Under the pieces are notes generated by a model. The model saw only the letters and a list, made by a program, of their open reading frames with translations. It was not told where the DNA came from and made no database searches. A stretch of DNA of 64,000 nucleotides from Heterodontus francisci (lineage: Eukaryota). A program made the translations under genes and the position numbers. The stretch spans positions 16,712,945 to 16,776,944 of the forward strand of contig NC_090416.1 in the NCBI RefSeq assembly GCF_036365525.1, read 5' to 3'. This document shows, piece after piece, positions 37,507-51,500 of the stretch (its first letter is position 1; each line of letters starts with the position of its first letter).

Positions 37507-37835
37507 TCAGTCGGAACAAGCGGTGGAGCTGATGGTTTTGAGGAGAGGTGAGCTCAGAGAGCCGTGGTCCACACTGCAGGTATAGCTGGAGCCCTTATTC
37601 CAGGCAGTGGCGGGGACTCTCAGGTAACTGCTCAGGCTGTAGGTTTGATCACTGTCCGTGGACACGGTGCCTGTGGTCACCCCGCTGTCTGTCTCTTTAT
37701 CATCCACTCTCCAGAGAACCCGCACGAAACCCGGCTTAAAGCGGCTCACCAGGCAGGACAGAGTAGCCCATCCGGAGTCTATTTCTTCCGAGGAAGGAGG
37801 GAGCAGGAGAACTGATGGTTTCCGATCCTCACTAC
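37507..37835 (-). CDS. C exon, cluster 3
   Basis: Protein identical to C1. Confidence 0.96.
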
Positions 37836-39170
37836 CTGTGTGTGTGAGAGACAGGGTGGAAGAAAGGAATCTCACTGTTAGTATCAATCATTTTTTCTAA
37901 AAGGCACATCCAGAATTAGTAACACAGACTATAATTTAAAACAAACATTTAACTTGACTTCAGACTTAGGTAGAGACAGTAAATAATATAATAGCCTGAG
38001 TGTTTCCAGCACTCGATTTCAGATTTCCAGCATCTGCAGGATTTTGCTTTGATTGGATTAAAATTAAATATTTAGTCCAATCTTAACTCCCTGTCAATTG
38101 AGAGCTGGACTTGTACATGGATTCGAGACATTCAGATAAATTAATTAACTGAATATTAAATACAACAGACAATATCGAATTGTTTAAAATTCAGGGGCAG
38201 ATTAAAATCAAAAGTTTAAAATTTGAGGAAGTTTCACATTTCGGATAGGCTGTACTGGAGGTCTTATGGAGGTGCTCGGAGTATGTATTGGGAGTAACTC
38301 AACCTCCCAGATCCACACTCAGAGTTCGGTGATCACCTCACCAGGAAAAATTCTTTATTTATAAAAAAAGAGTTTTAAAAGTAATAAAGTTCGGGGCGGT
38401 TTCCATTTAGAAAGTAGGTTAGACACTTCACATGAACGAACGACAGCCGGAAGGAGGGGGCTGGGAAGGGAGACGGGGGGTCGTGGGTAGAGGGACCGGG
38501 TGCGTTAGGAACAGACAAGATGGGGGGGGGGGCGCAGAATGAGGCCATTCGGTCCATCGAGTCCGTGCCGCAGCCTAACCCACTTCCCAACTTTGGGAGT
38601 CTTTTTTTGAGGTGGGGGAGGGGGTGCTAGTGTCAAACTCGACCCCCTTTGAGTGTGAGTAAAATTCCTGTTTGTAAATCTTCCAGCAACACCCGGGGCA
38701 GGCTCGCTATTTATACAACAGTGCAGCGAATAGACGGAGAAGTCCACACCTGCACACTGCAGACCTGGCCGAACAGACTCGAGGGGCTGAATGGCCTTTC
38801 TCCCCTTTTCATTCTGCATTTTTATTTTGCCAATGGAGTTTTTCCTCGGTTCTGAGGAAAGGTCAGAGACCCGAAACTGTTCACCATTTCTCCCTCTCTC
38901 TCCGCAGAGGCTGCCCACATCTGCTGAGTATTTCCAGCATCTTCTGTTTTTTTTATTTCAGATTTCCAGCATCCGCAATTGTTTTGCTGCTATTTTAGTG
39001 TTTATTTTTCTACCCTCCAGAATCCAAATTCCCAGCACTGAATCAGTGGACAGAAAAATAAAAATCTGACCCAATTTTTTTTCACCGTTATCAGGGCAGA
39101 TCCGATTCTGCAACAATAAATGAATAAATAATTGAAACAATATGAATGATAGGATGAGGGAATTACTTAC

Positions 39171-39207
39171 TCCGTAAACTCAGGGCGGTCCCAGGTCCGA
39201 AGGTAAA
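39171..39207 (-). CDS. J segment, cluster 3
   Basis: Identical to J1. Confidence 0.96.
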
Positions 39208-39246
39208 CACAGTGCAGTGTTTTAATGGGACGGGTCACCTAAAACC
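39208..39246 (+). promoter_or_regulatory. 23-RSS of J3
   Basis: CACAGTG-23 nt-CCTAAAACC. Confidence 0.93.
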
Positions 39247-39560
39247 CAGGCTGGGAAGAAAGAGGGGAAATATTAATAATCTGTCCTTTATCACATTCCC
39301 TTTCACATTCTGCCTTTCACAGGGGCCGGAATGCTGAGAGGCTGGAGAAAGATTTTCACATATCAGTGAGGAAACCTTGAGAATATCAGTGTTTACCTAC
39401 CCAGCTAATAGCCCAAATATTGGGGAAAATCCAAATAAACCCATGGAATTCCAGTGAGATTTTCCACAAGATACATAAGGAATATTTCTGAAGCTCATCC
39501 CACAGTCTCAGGCAGGAATATTTCAGTAGCTGTTGGAATTCTGAGTGGTTCTGTTGATGC

Positions 39561-39588
39561 AGTTTTTGTATTGCCCTGTCTCACTGTG
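39561..39588 (-). promoter_or_regulatory. 12-RSS of V3
   Basis: CACAGTG-12 nt-ACAAAAACT. Confidence 0.96.
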
Positions 39589-39916
39589 TATGTAGCTGCT
39601 GAGCCATCCCCGGCAGCACAGTAATAGACGGCGGAGTCTCCCGGTTCCAAGCTGCCGATGGTCAGAATGTGACTGTTACTGGAGGTGTCTCTGGAAGGTT
39701 TAAAACGGTCCGTGAAGCCGGTGCCTCGATAGATGCTACCATCTTTATAGTGCACTAACACCCCCACCGGAGCCTCCCCGGGTCTCTGTCGGTACCAGTA
39801 TATGTAGTAACTGCCCACATTGCCGTTCTGCATCGCACACTTTAACTCGGAGGTCTCACCGGCGGAGACTGGGTCTGAAATTGGGGTCTGATTGAGGACA
39901 GGAACCGCCAGGACAC
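39589..39916 (-). CDS. V exon, cluster 3
   Basis: Open frame; ..WYRQRPGEAPVGVLVHYKDGSIYRG..YYCAAGDGS. Confidence 0.96.
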
Positions 39917-40081
39917 CTTCAACACAAAACACAAGAGAGAGAAAAAAAACACATTCAGTTTATTGGAGCAAAAAAACACACTGATAAATAAACAGGCCGG
40001 GCTACCAAATCCCTTTGCTTCCTAATCTAATGGTTTACAAATGAATAATTGAGTAACGTTCTGTTAACATAAGTCTCTCAC

Positions 40082-40130
40082 CTGTTAAATGGAGTAGCAG
40101 GGTCCCCAGGAGATACATTACTGCAGCCAT
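40082..40130 (-). CDS. Leader exon, cluster 3
   Basis: Same as cluster 1 leader. Confidence 0.92.
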
Positions 40131-40252
40131 TCCCTCCGGGGGGGAAAAAAACCCGTGAAGAATTAGAGAGCAGGGTTTTACTGTAACTCCAGAAAGTGGA
40201 TCCAGTTACAGTGCCGGACAAGGTGAGACCAGTATCTATTATATGAACCTGT

Positions 40253-40260
40253 ATGCAAAT
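40253..40260 (-). promoter_or_regulatory. V3 promoter octamer
   Basis: ATGCAAAT on the + strand. Confidence 0.88.
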
Positions 40261-41239
40261 ACAGGGAGGGTTGAGAGGAGCAGGGGCGGCGGGGGGGTGG
40301 GGGGGGGGGGTGGGGTGGTGGACCAGACCAGATTTTTTTTATTGAGCCTCTATTGGTCCCCAATTAAACATTTCCATGTATTTATTTCCACCGAGTTGAG
40401 GGTTAATTCACAATAATTTCTGATTTTAACCCCCCCTTCTCATGTCATGAGTGTGAGATTTAAAAGAACAACTGTAGAAATTGCACATTTTATCCCAGAT
40501 GGTCAAAGGCAAAAGCCCTTCAGAATCCAGTGCCTTGAATTCATCCAGAACAAGTTTAACCCAGCGATAGTTAAGGATTTGTTTTTTTTTATATTTGGGT
40601 CTGCAATGTGTACTTAAACACATATCTTTATATCCAACACGCTGGTGTTTGCAACAAAGCAGTTCATTGGAAGGATTGGAATGGAAGAGATTGACTGGAC
40701 TGCTTCTCTGAGCTGCTCTTTTTTCCTATCCGCCACTGTACAAGTGCACTGCTTGTCCTGGCGTTTGAGCCGAGTGTCGGGTCAAAACACTCGTTTCTCA
40801 CTCAGGCCGACGTTCAGAAACAGCCAGAATCAACTCCAATATCCGTTTTAATTGGTAATGCAACGAGGAGTGAGATTATGACCGGGCAAGCTGACTGCTC
40901 GGCTAGTTTCTGTGTTGTGTCCGGATCCTGTGTTAAGTCCAGTTTCAATGAAATGTGTTTTCCTGCTGCAACAGTTCCTGCCCTGACTTTTTTTTGTTGC
41001 AACTAAACCACATGTATCGGAACCTCAGTCCCAGGCATACATTTGTTTTAACATTCCATTTCAGATGTTTTATGTCAATCACTCGATGCCAAGGGAAAAC
41101 GTTCAACAAGTTGCTCGTGAGAGGAGTTAGTTTCTTTAAAATGAATATTTTCTATCTTTTTATTTAAAATTCACTTAATTGGATGTGGACATCACTTGGC
41201 CCTGCCCGCATTTATTGCCCATCCCTCATTGCCGTTGAG

Positions 41240-41591
41240 GGCGGCACAGTGGCGCAGTGGTTAGCATTACAGCCTCACAGCTCCACGAACCCGGGTTCGA
41301 TTCCGGGTACTGCCTGTGTGGAGTTTGCAAGTTCTCCCTGTGTCTGCGTGGGTTTTCTCCGGGTGCTCCGGTTTCCTCCCACAAGCCAAAAGACTTGCAG
41401 GTTGATAGGTAAATTGGCCATTATAAATTGTCACTAATATAGGTAGGTGGTAGGGTAATATAGGGACAGGTGGGGATGTTTGGTGGGAATATGGGATTAG
41501 TGTAGGATTAGTATAAATGGGTGGTTGATGTTCGGCACAGACTCGGTGGGCCGAAGGGACTGTTTCATTGCTGCATCTCTAATCTAATCTA
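41240..41591 (+). mobile_element. tRNA-derived SINE (HE1-like), unit 3
   Basis: Same insertion site and sequence as unit 2. Confidence 0.9.
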
Positions 41592-42585
41592 AAGGTGGTG
41601 GTGGAGTCGCCTTCTTGAACTGCTACAGTGCAGTGGTTTTTGTACAACAGAACTGAGGGCAGTTAAGAGTCAACCACATTGCCGTGGGTCTGGAGTCACA
41701 TGTCGGCCAGACCAGGTGAGGACGGCAGATTTCCTTCCCTAAAAGGACATTTGTGAAACAGATGGTTTTTTGTTAATGAACATTCAATTTATGGTCACCA
41801 TTACTGAGACTAGGTTTCAATTCCAATTTTTCTTTTAATTAATTAGTTGAATTTAAATTCCATGGTGGGATTTGAACTCGTGTCTCCAGAGCATTATCCT
41901 GGGCCTCTGGATTAGTAATATCTAGTGCCATAACTACTACGCCACCTTGTGATGGATCAATATTAATTCTAGAAATGTGATAGGATTTGAGCCAGTGAAA
42001 GGGAGAGGGTGGGAAGAAGAACAGCAGGGAAGGTCTGTGACAGGGGTGGAGGGCAGGAGAGATTAAATGACAAAAAGGGTGTCAAGGTGCAAAGCCAAAG
42101 GGAGTGGTAATAAAAGATGTGTCTGGAGGAGATGTGAATGGCAGGATCGGAACACAAAGTAAAGGAAATAAGAGGTAAACAAGAGAGATAAAATAACAAA
42201 TCAGCAAAGAAAAGGGCAACAAAAATGAGGGCAGGGGGGTTACAAACTAAAATTGTAGAATTCAGTGTTGAGTCCGGAAGGTTGTAGAGTGCCCAGTCGA
42301 AAGATGAGGTGCTGTTCCTGCAGTTAGCCTCCGATTACTGACATGTTCAGTCAAGTCAGTGTCGACTAGCTGCCCCCTAGACAGAGAATTTCACCCCTCC
42401 CCCATTCAAAATCCATTTCTGATTGGTCTCCACAGCAGAAACAGACCCACCTCCCTCCCCTCCCACCAGGCAGATTCTCTGGGTCATTTTCAACTAACCC
42501 TAACCTGCATTACTATAGAGACCTCAGGATGTCCTAAAGACAGACAAATAAACACCTGTTTTGAAGTTTTGTCATTGTAACATCG

Positions 42586-42687
42586 TAATAAAGTGTTTTC
42601 CCCTGCTCCCCTTGACCCCCTCCCTGTATTTGCATATTGACTAATATATAGATACTAGTCTTCTCCGGGTTCCCGGAGTTACAGTAA
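42586..42687 (+). promoter_or_regulatory. Inverted orphan V-promoter paralog, unit 3 (distal block deleted; octamer 42628-42635 kept)
   Basis: ~60-bp deletion relative to the other units, between two TAA motifs. Confidence 0.75.
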
Positions 42688-43140
42688 TATTGTTGAAGTG
42701 AAAGCACAATTGCTAAATGTGTGAGAAGCTGAACTCAGCTTTGCCCATGTAGTTGAATGGAGAGTGCACATATGTAGTTAAATGGAGTCATCCACGTATG
42801 TAGTTAAATGGAGTGTGCCAGTGTGCAGTAAAATGGGGTTGTGCACATGTCTAATGGAAAGCAGTTCAGCACCTCTAGGTTCATAGAATCTCTCACTTTG
42901 CACAGCAGATGTCACATGGCTGCAGCTTTGCCCAGGGAGCCTACCCGGTTCACACAGGATAGGCCAGGTGTTAAAGCAAGAGCATTTGGTGTTGCCTATT
43001 GAAGCTTGCACAGCGGTTAAAGGAAAATACAATTAAAGCTCACAAGATGGGAATCTTGTAAAGTGTCAGCCATGGCCTCGTGGCTTCAAGTCACAATCCA
43101 GAGACTTGAGCACAAAAAGCAGTCTCACATTCGCCGTGTA

Positions 43141-43364
43141 GTACTGAGGGAGTGCTGCACTGTCAGAGGGTCAGTACTGAGTGAGTGCCGCACTCAGAGG
43201 GTCAGTACTGAGGGAGTGCTGCATTGTCAGAGGGTCAGACCTGAGGGAGCGCTGAACTGTTGGAGGGTCAGTACTGAGGGAGTGCTGAACTGTTGGAGGG
43301 TCAGTACTGACGGAGTGCTGCACTGTCGGAGGGTCAGTACTGAGGGAGTGCTGCACTGTCTGAG
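43141..43364 (+). repeat. 33-bp minisatellite, ~7 units
   Basis: Read directly from the sequence. Confidence 0.93.
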
Positions 43365-44290
43365 GTGCCATATTCACAAGTCCCCCTCAGGTGGACATTA
43401 TCGATCCCATGACTCTATTTGAAGGAGAGCAGGTGCCCTGGACAATATATATTCCAACATTAACACCTAAAGCTGTAACTGGTCATTATCACATTGCTAT
43501 TTGTGGGAGCTTGCTGTGTAAATGACTGTCAGATTTCCTGCATTTCAACAGTGACTACATTTCAAAACACACTTCAAAAGTACGTCATTAGATGTAAACC
43601 ACTTTGGGGCAGCCTAGTGATCAGACCTCTCTGTCTCTCCATCTGTCTATCTNNNNNNNNNNNNNNNNNNNNNNNNNNNNNNNNNNNNNNNNNNNNNNNN
43701 NNNNNNNNNNNNNNNNNNNNNNNNNNNNNNNNNNNNNNNNNNNNNNNNNNNNNNNNNNNNNNNNNNNNNNNNNNNNNNNNNNNNNNNNNNNNNNNNNNNN
43801 NNNNNNNNNNNNNNNNNNNNNNNNNNNNNNNNNNNNNNNNNNNNNNNNNNNNNNNNNNNNNNNNNNNNNNNNNNNNNNNNNNNNNNNNNNNNNNNNNNNN
43901 NNNNNNNNNNNNNNNNNNNNNNNNNNNNNNNNNNNNNNNNTTCTCTCCATATCTATCTATCTCTCTATCTATCTATCTATCTATCTGTCTATCCATCTAT
44001 CTGTCCATCTCTTGCTATCTATCTATCTATCTGTTTATCTATCTGTCTGTTTATCTATCNNNNNNNNNNNNNNNNNNNNNNNNNNNNNNNNNNNNNNNNN
44101 NNNNNNNNNNNNNNNNNNNNNNNNNNNNNNNNNNNNNNNNNNNNNNNNNNNNNNNNNNNNNNNNNNNNNNNNNNNNNNNNNNNNNNNNNNNNNNNNNNNN
44201 NNNNNNNNNNNNNNNNNNNNNNNNNNNNNNNNNNNNNNNNNNNNNNNNNNNNNNNNNNNNNNNNNNNNNNNNNNNNNNNNNNNNNNNNNN

Positions 44291-47200
44291 GCGGAGTTCC
44301 AGACCGGTAAGTGCAAAAACCTTACTTCGGGGATTCTCGGACAGACTCGGAGGGCGGAATTAACCTCGGTGATTCTCGGACAGACTCGGAGGGCGGAGTT
44401 AACCTCGGGGATTCTCGGACAGACTCGGAGGGCGGAGTTAACCTCGGGGATTCTCGGACAGACTCGGAGGGCGGTGTTCTCCTCGATGGGTCGAAGGGCC
44501 TGTTTCAGTGCTGTATCTCTAAATAAAAAATAAAAATAAATAAAATAATATTTATAGTAGAAATCTAGCACTGGGGACCATATCGTTTATTATAACAATT
44601 TAGTAAGGATTTAATAAGTATTTCTTTTATATTAATTAACTAATTAGTGATAGAAATGTCAGTTAAAGGGGTGAAGTGCTTCACCTGTGAGATGTGGGAA
44701 GTCCGTGACACTTCCAGCATTCCGGGCGACTCCGCCTGCAGGAAGTTTACCCAGTTGCAGCTCCTCACAGACCGCATGGATCGGTTGGAGCGGCAACTGG
44801 AAGCACTTGGGAGCATGCAGGTGGCAGAGAGCGTCATAGACAGGAGTTTTAGAGAAGTGGTTGCACCCAATGTGCAGGCAGATAGATGGGTGACCGCTAG
44901 AAGGAGCAGGCAGTCAGTGCAGGAATCCCCTGTGGCTATCTCCTTCTCCAACAAGTATACAGTTTTGGATACTGTTGGGGGGGATGGCCGAGCAGGGGAA
45001 AACAACAGCAGCAGCCAGAGCAGTGGCACCACGGCTATCACTGTTGTTCAGCAGGGAGGGACAAAGCGCAAAGAACAATAGTTATAGGGGACTCTATAGT
45101 CAGGGGCACAGATAGGCGCATCTGTGGACGTGAAAGAGACTCCAGGATGGTATGTTGCCTCCCTGGTGCCAGGGTGAAGGATGTCTCTGAACGGACAGGG
45201 GGCATTCTGAAGGGCGAGGGTGAACAGCCAGAGGTTGTGGTACACATCGGTACCAATGACAAAGGCAGGAAGAGTGCTGAGGGCCTGCAGGGGGAGTTTA
45301 GGTAGTCAGGTAGAAAGTTGTAATCTCTGGATTAAACCCTGTGCCACGTGCCAGAGAGGATAGAAATAGGAAGATAGTGCAGCTAAACACGTGGCTGAGC
45401 AGCTGGTGTCGAAGGGAGGGTTTCAGATATCTGGACCATTGGGCTCTCTTCAGGGACAGATGGGACCCGTACAAGAAGGACGGGTTGCATCTAAACTGGA
45501 GGGGCACTAATATCCTGGCTGCAAAGTTTGCCAGCGTCACTCGGGAGGGTTTAAACTAGTGTGGCAGGGGGGTGGGAACCAGAGCAGTGGGACAGCTAGA
45601 AAAATAAATGAGGAGGACATAGTAAATAAGGCCAGTAAGACTAAGAGGAAGAGCAGGCAGGAAGATGTTGCTGAGCACAGCGGGACTGGTGCTCTGCAGT
45701 ACATTTCTTTCAATGCGAGAAGTATAGCAGGTAAGGTAGATGAAATTAGAGCTTGGATTAGTACTTGGAAATATGATGTTGTTGCTATTACAGAGACTTG
45801 GTTGAGGGAAGGGCAGGATTGGCAGCTAAATGTTCCAGGCTTTAGAAGCTTCAGGTGGGATAGAGGGGGATGTAAAAGGGGTGGGGGAGTTGCATTACTG
45901 GTTAAGGAGAATATCACAGCTGTACTGCGGGAGGACACCTCAGAGGGGTCATGCAGCGAGGCAATATGGGTGGAGCTCAGGAATAGGAAGGGTGCAGTCA
46001 CGAAGTTGGGGGTTTACTACAGGCCTCCCAACAGCCAGCGGGAGGTAGAGGACAAGATATGTAGACAGATTTTGGAAAGATGTAAAGGTAACAGGATTGT
46101 GGTGGTGGGTGATTTTAACTTCCCCGATATTGACTGGGACTCACTTAGTGCTAGGGGCTTGGATGGGGCAGAATTTGTGAGGAGCATCCAGGAGGGCTTC
46201 TTGAAACAGAATGTAGATAGTCCAACTAGGGATAGGGCCATTCTGGACCTGGTATTGGGGAATGAGCCCGGCCAGGTGGTCGAAGTTTCAGTGGGTGAAC
46301 ATTTCGGGAGCAGTGACCATAATTCCATAAGTTTTAAGGTACTTGTGGATAAGGATAAGAGTAGTCCTCGGGTGAAGGTGCGAACTTGGGGGAAGGCTAA
46401 TTATAACAATATTAGGCAGGAATTGAAGAATTTAGATTGGGGGCGGCTGTTTGAGGGTAAATCAACATCTGACATGTGGGAGTCTTTCAAACGTCAGCTG
46501 ATTAGAATCCAGGACCAGCATGTTCCTGTGAGGAAGAAAGACAAGTTTGGCATGTTTCGGGAAATTTGGATAACACTGGATGTTGTGAGCCTAGTCAAAA
46601 AGGAAAAGGAAGCATTTGTAAGGGCTGGAAGGTTAGGAACAGACGAAGCACTTGAGGAATATAAAGACAGTGGGAAGGAACTTAAGCAAGGAGTTAGGAG
46701 GGCTAAAAGGGGTCATAAAAAGTCATTGGCAAACAGGATTAAGGAGAATCCGAAGTCTTTTTATACATGTATAAAGAGCAAGAGGGTACCAGGGAAAGGG
46801 TTGGCCCACTCAAGGATAGAGATGGGAATCTATGTGTGGAGCCAGAGGAAATGGGCGAGGTGCTAAATGAGTACTTTGCATCAGTATTCACCAAAGAGAA
46901 GGACTTGGTGGATGATGAGCCTAGGGAAGGGAGTGCAGATAGTCTCAGTCATGTCATTATTAAAAAGGAGGAGGTGTTGGGTGTCTTGCAAAGCATTAAG
47001 GTAGATACGTCCCCAGGGCCTGATGGGATCTACCCTAGAATACTGAGGGAGGCAATGGAAGAAATTGCTGGGGCCTTGACAGAAATCTTTGCATCATCAT
47101 TGGCTACAGGTGAGGCCCCAGAGGACTGGAGAACAGCCAATGTTGTTCCTTTGTTTAAGAAGGGTGGCAAGGATAATCCAGGAAATTATAGGCCGGTGAG

Positions 47201-48585
47201 CCTTACGTCAGTGGTTGGGAAATTATTAGAGAGGATTCTTCGGGATAGAATTTACTCCCATTTGGAAACAAACGAACTTATTAGCGAGAGACTGCATGGT
47301 TTTGTGTTGGGGAGGTCATGTCTTACTAATTTGATTGAGTTTTTTGAGGAAGTGACGAAGATGATTGATGAAGGAAGGGCAGTGGATGTTATCTAAATGG
47401 AATTTATTAAAGCCTTTGACAAGGTCCCGCATGGCAGACTGGTACAAAAGATAAAGTCACACGGGATCAGAGGTGAGCTGGCAAGATGGATACAGAACTG
47501 GCTCGGTCATAGAAGACAGAGGGTATCAGTGGATGGGTGTTTTTCTGAATGGAGGGATGTGACTAGTGGTGTTCCGCAGGAATGAGTGCTGGGACCTTTG
47601 CTGTTTGTAGTATTATAAATGATTTGGAGGAAAATGTAGCTGGTCTGATTAGTAAGTTTGCGGACGACACAAAGGTTGGTGGAGTTGCGGATAATGATGA
47701 GGATTGTCAGAGGATACAGCTGGATATAGATCGGTTGGAGACTTGGGCGGAGAAATGGCACATGGAGTTTAATCCGGACAAATGTGAGGTAATGCATTTT
47801 GGAAGGACTAATGCAGGTGGGAGGTATACAGTAAATGGCAGAACCCTTAGGAGTATAGACAGACAGAGAGATCTGGGCGTACAGGTCCACAGGTCACTGA
47901 AAGTGGCAACGCAGGTGGATAAGGTAGTCAAGAAGGCATACGGCATGCTTGCCATCATTGGTCGGGGCATAGAGTATAAAAATTGGCAAGTCATGTTGCA
48001 GCTGTACAGAACCTTAGTTAGGCCACACTTAGAATATTGCTTGCAATTCTGGTCGCCACACTACCAGAAGGACGTGGAGGCTTTGGAGAGGGTACAGAGG
48101 AGGTATACCAGGATGTTGCCTGTTCTGGAGGGCATGAGCTATGAGGAGAGGTTGGAAAAACTCGGATTGTTTTCACTGGAACGATGGAAGTGGAGGGGCG
48201 ACATGATAGAGGTTTACAAAGTTATGAGCGGCATGGACAGAGTGGATAGTCAGAAGCTTTTTCCCAGGGTGGAAGAGTCAGTTACTAGGGGACATAGGTT
48301 TAAGGTGAGAGGGGCAAAGTTTAGAGGGGATGTGTGAGGCAAGTTTTTTACACAGAGGGTGGTGAGTGCCTGGAACCTGCTGCCAGGGGAGGTGGTGGAA
48401 GCAGATACGATAGCGACGTTTAAGAGACATCTTGACAAATACATGAATAGGAAGGGAATAGAGGGATATGGGCCCCGGAAGTGCAGAAGTTGTTAGTTTA
48501 GGCAGGCATCAAGATCGGTGCAGGCTTGGAGGGCCGAATGGCCTGTTCCTGTGCTGTACTGTTCTTTGTTCTTGTTCTTTGTTCT
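44291..48585 (+). mobile_element. Near-full-length decayed CR1 LINE, unit 3
   Basis: Endonuclease region open (45559-46866), then frameshifts and stops in RT. Confidence 0.95.
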
Positions 48586-51500
48586 CTCTGTCTATCTGTC
48601 CATCTCTCTGTCTATCTATCTGTCTATCTGTCTATCTGACTATCTATCTATCGATTTATCTATCTGTCCATATCTATCTATCTATGTATCTATCTATCTG
48701 TCTATCTATCCACCTGTCCATCTCTCTCGCTCTATCTATTTGTCTGTCTGTTTATCTCTATCTATCTGTCTGTCCATCTCTATCTATCTGTCTGTCCATC
48801 TCTGTCTGTCTGTCTGTCTATCCCTCAGTACTGACCCTTTGACAGTGCGGCACTCCCTCAGTACTGACCCTTTGGGAACTGAATATTCCAGGGTATTTGA
48901 CAGTTTGGAATGACAGGAAGCAAGGAAAAGGAGGTGGTGTAGTTCAGTTAATAAAGGATGAGATCAGTACAGTAGTGAGAAATGATCTTGGCTCAGAAAA
49001 TCAAGATGTGGAATCAGTTTGGGTGGAGATATGAAATAGCAAAAATTCATACTGGAGCTGCACTGTGGGACAGAGTATAAATCAAGAAATAAGGGGGGGC
49101 TTGTAAGGAAAATACTGCAGTAATCCTGGGTAATTTTAATCTTCATATAAATTGGAGTAATCAAACTGGTAAAGTTAGATAGAGGATGAGTTCATGGAGT
49201 GTACTCAGGACAGTTTCTTAGAACAATACATTCTGGAACCAATCCGGGAGCAGGCTATTTTAGACCTGGTAATGTGTAAGGAGACGGAATTAATTAATGA
49301 CCTCTTAGTAAAGGAAGAATAGGAAAGTAGAATATTATTTACATGGAGAGAGACCGCAGAATGCTGCAGTACAGAGGGATCTGGGTGTCCTTGTACATGA
49401 ATCACAAAATGTTAACGTGCAGGTTCAGCAAGTAATTAGGAAGGCAAATGGAATGTTGGTATTTATTGCAATGGGGATGGAGTATAAAAGTAGGGACATC
49501 TTGCTACAACTGTGCCGGGTACTGGTGAGACCGCACCTAGAATACTGCATACAGTTTTGGTTTCCTTATTTAAGGAGGGATATACTTGCATTGGAAGCAG
49601 TTCAGAGAAGGTTCACTTGGCTGATTCCTGGGATGAAGGGATTGTCTTATGAGGAAAGGTTGAGCAGTTTGGGCCTGTTTAGAGTTGAAATGTGTAAGGT
49701 TCTGAAGGGGCTTAATTGGGTGGATGGTGAGAGGATGTTTCCCCTCGTGGGGGAATCTAGAACTAGGGTGAACAGTTACAGAATACGGGGTCTCCCATTT
49801 AAGACGGAGATGAGGAGGAATTTCTTCTCTGAGGGTCATTAATCTTTGGAATTCTCTTCCCCAGGGAGCAGTGGAGGCTGGGTCATTGAATATATTCAAG
49901 GCTGAGTTGGAGAGTTTTTTGATCTAAAAGGGAGTTGAGGATTATGGTGGGGGGCGGAGAGGAAAGTGGAGATAAGGTCACAATCAGATCATCCGTGATC
50001 TTATCGAATGGCAGAACAGTCTCGAGGGGCCGAATGGCCTTCTCCTGTTCTTATTTCTTATGCTTTTATGTTGAAGATATCGTACCTGCTGTATTCAATA
50101 CCTGTCCAGGTCTTTAAAGCCCAAAGTGGCCGTAACTGTTCCTATCTGTGCAGAGAGCCCTTGGCAGTAATATAATATAATGAAAATGGCCTGGCTGAAA
50201 CTCCCCGGGTCTGGATATCTCAGTACAGATTGGGGAAGGGGTGGTGGGAGTGCTGGAATCTGGGCCTTCCCAGCAAGTGTCCTGTAAGGAACTGAATGAC
50301 CTCAACGAAGGAACGAGTTCACAGAGGGAGATGAGGCTGATGTGATTGTAGTGTGTGCGAACAAGAGGAGGCCATTCAGCCCTTCGAGACTGCTGTACCA
50401 TTCCATTAGATCATAGCTGTTCTGTACCTTAACCCCATATACCCTGCCTTAGCTCCATAGTCCTTGCTGCCCTTACCCAATAAATATCTATCAACCACAA
50501 TCTTTATAACTCCATTTTTTAATGAAGTGCATTTGTATAGCGTCTTTCACAACCTCAGGATGTTCCCAAAGTGCTTCGCAGCCAATGAAATACCTTGAAA
50601 AGCAATATTGGGAAATGAAGACTGGGATGTAGAGCAGGAGGAGTTCAGTTCAGTTCTCCTGAGGGGCCCAGTCCAGATAATGGGTTGTTTTGTTGTAAAT
50701 GTGTGACGTGTCCAAGAATGGAACCGTTTAACGGTGTTTCTCGGATTTCCGTCCTGTTTCTGTGTGTTTCAGAGCAGGGGAACTGGGCCCAGATGCTGCT
50801 ACTCTCTGCTGCTTATCAGACAGTGAACAGGGAGGTTTCGGTTCCTCCCCGAGGCTCCTCTCCCACCCCCTGCAGCGAGTGACCACACCACCTGCACCAC
50901 ATCACAAACAAGACAAAAACAGCATCGATTTGGGTATCAGGATCTAAAATAAGGCTTTCAGAACACCGCCCAGATCCCCTGTGGTTGATGACGAGGGCCT
51001 GATCTGAGCTGCATTCAGTGCCATTCTCAGACCCAGTCTGGAACCTGGCTGTTCGGCCATGTGAATCATCAACATTGTGGATTTAACTGGACTGATAAAC
51101 GTTTGATGGCCTTTAAGATACTCCTTAAAACCTACCTCTTTGACCGAGCTTTTGGTCACCTGCTCTAATATCTCCGAATGTGGCTCAGCATTAAACTTTG
51201 TTTGCTGACGCCCCTTGCGACGTTTTATTACATTAAAGGCGCCATATAAATGCAGATTGGTGGTTGTTTGCAGATGACAATTCGTTGAAGACCTTAATAA
51301 CTAACCGACTGCAGGCCATGAAGTACATCAACTAAAGCCACAATTAAAACTCAAGGCTTCTGATGTAAGTACAGTACTGAAGGAATACCGCACTGCCGGA
51401 GGGGCTATCTGTCACTTGGAATCTGCCCTCTGTTAAAGATACTGCAACCCCTATTTAGAAAAAGAGTTGGGGAGTTCTCCCCCACCCCCGTGTCTTGGCT

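Larger units (their letters stand above)
32499..48896. repeat. Tandem duplication unit 3 (~16.4 kb)
   Basis: Colinear copy. Confidence 0.97.
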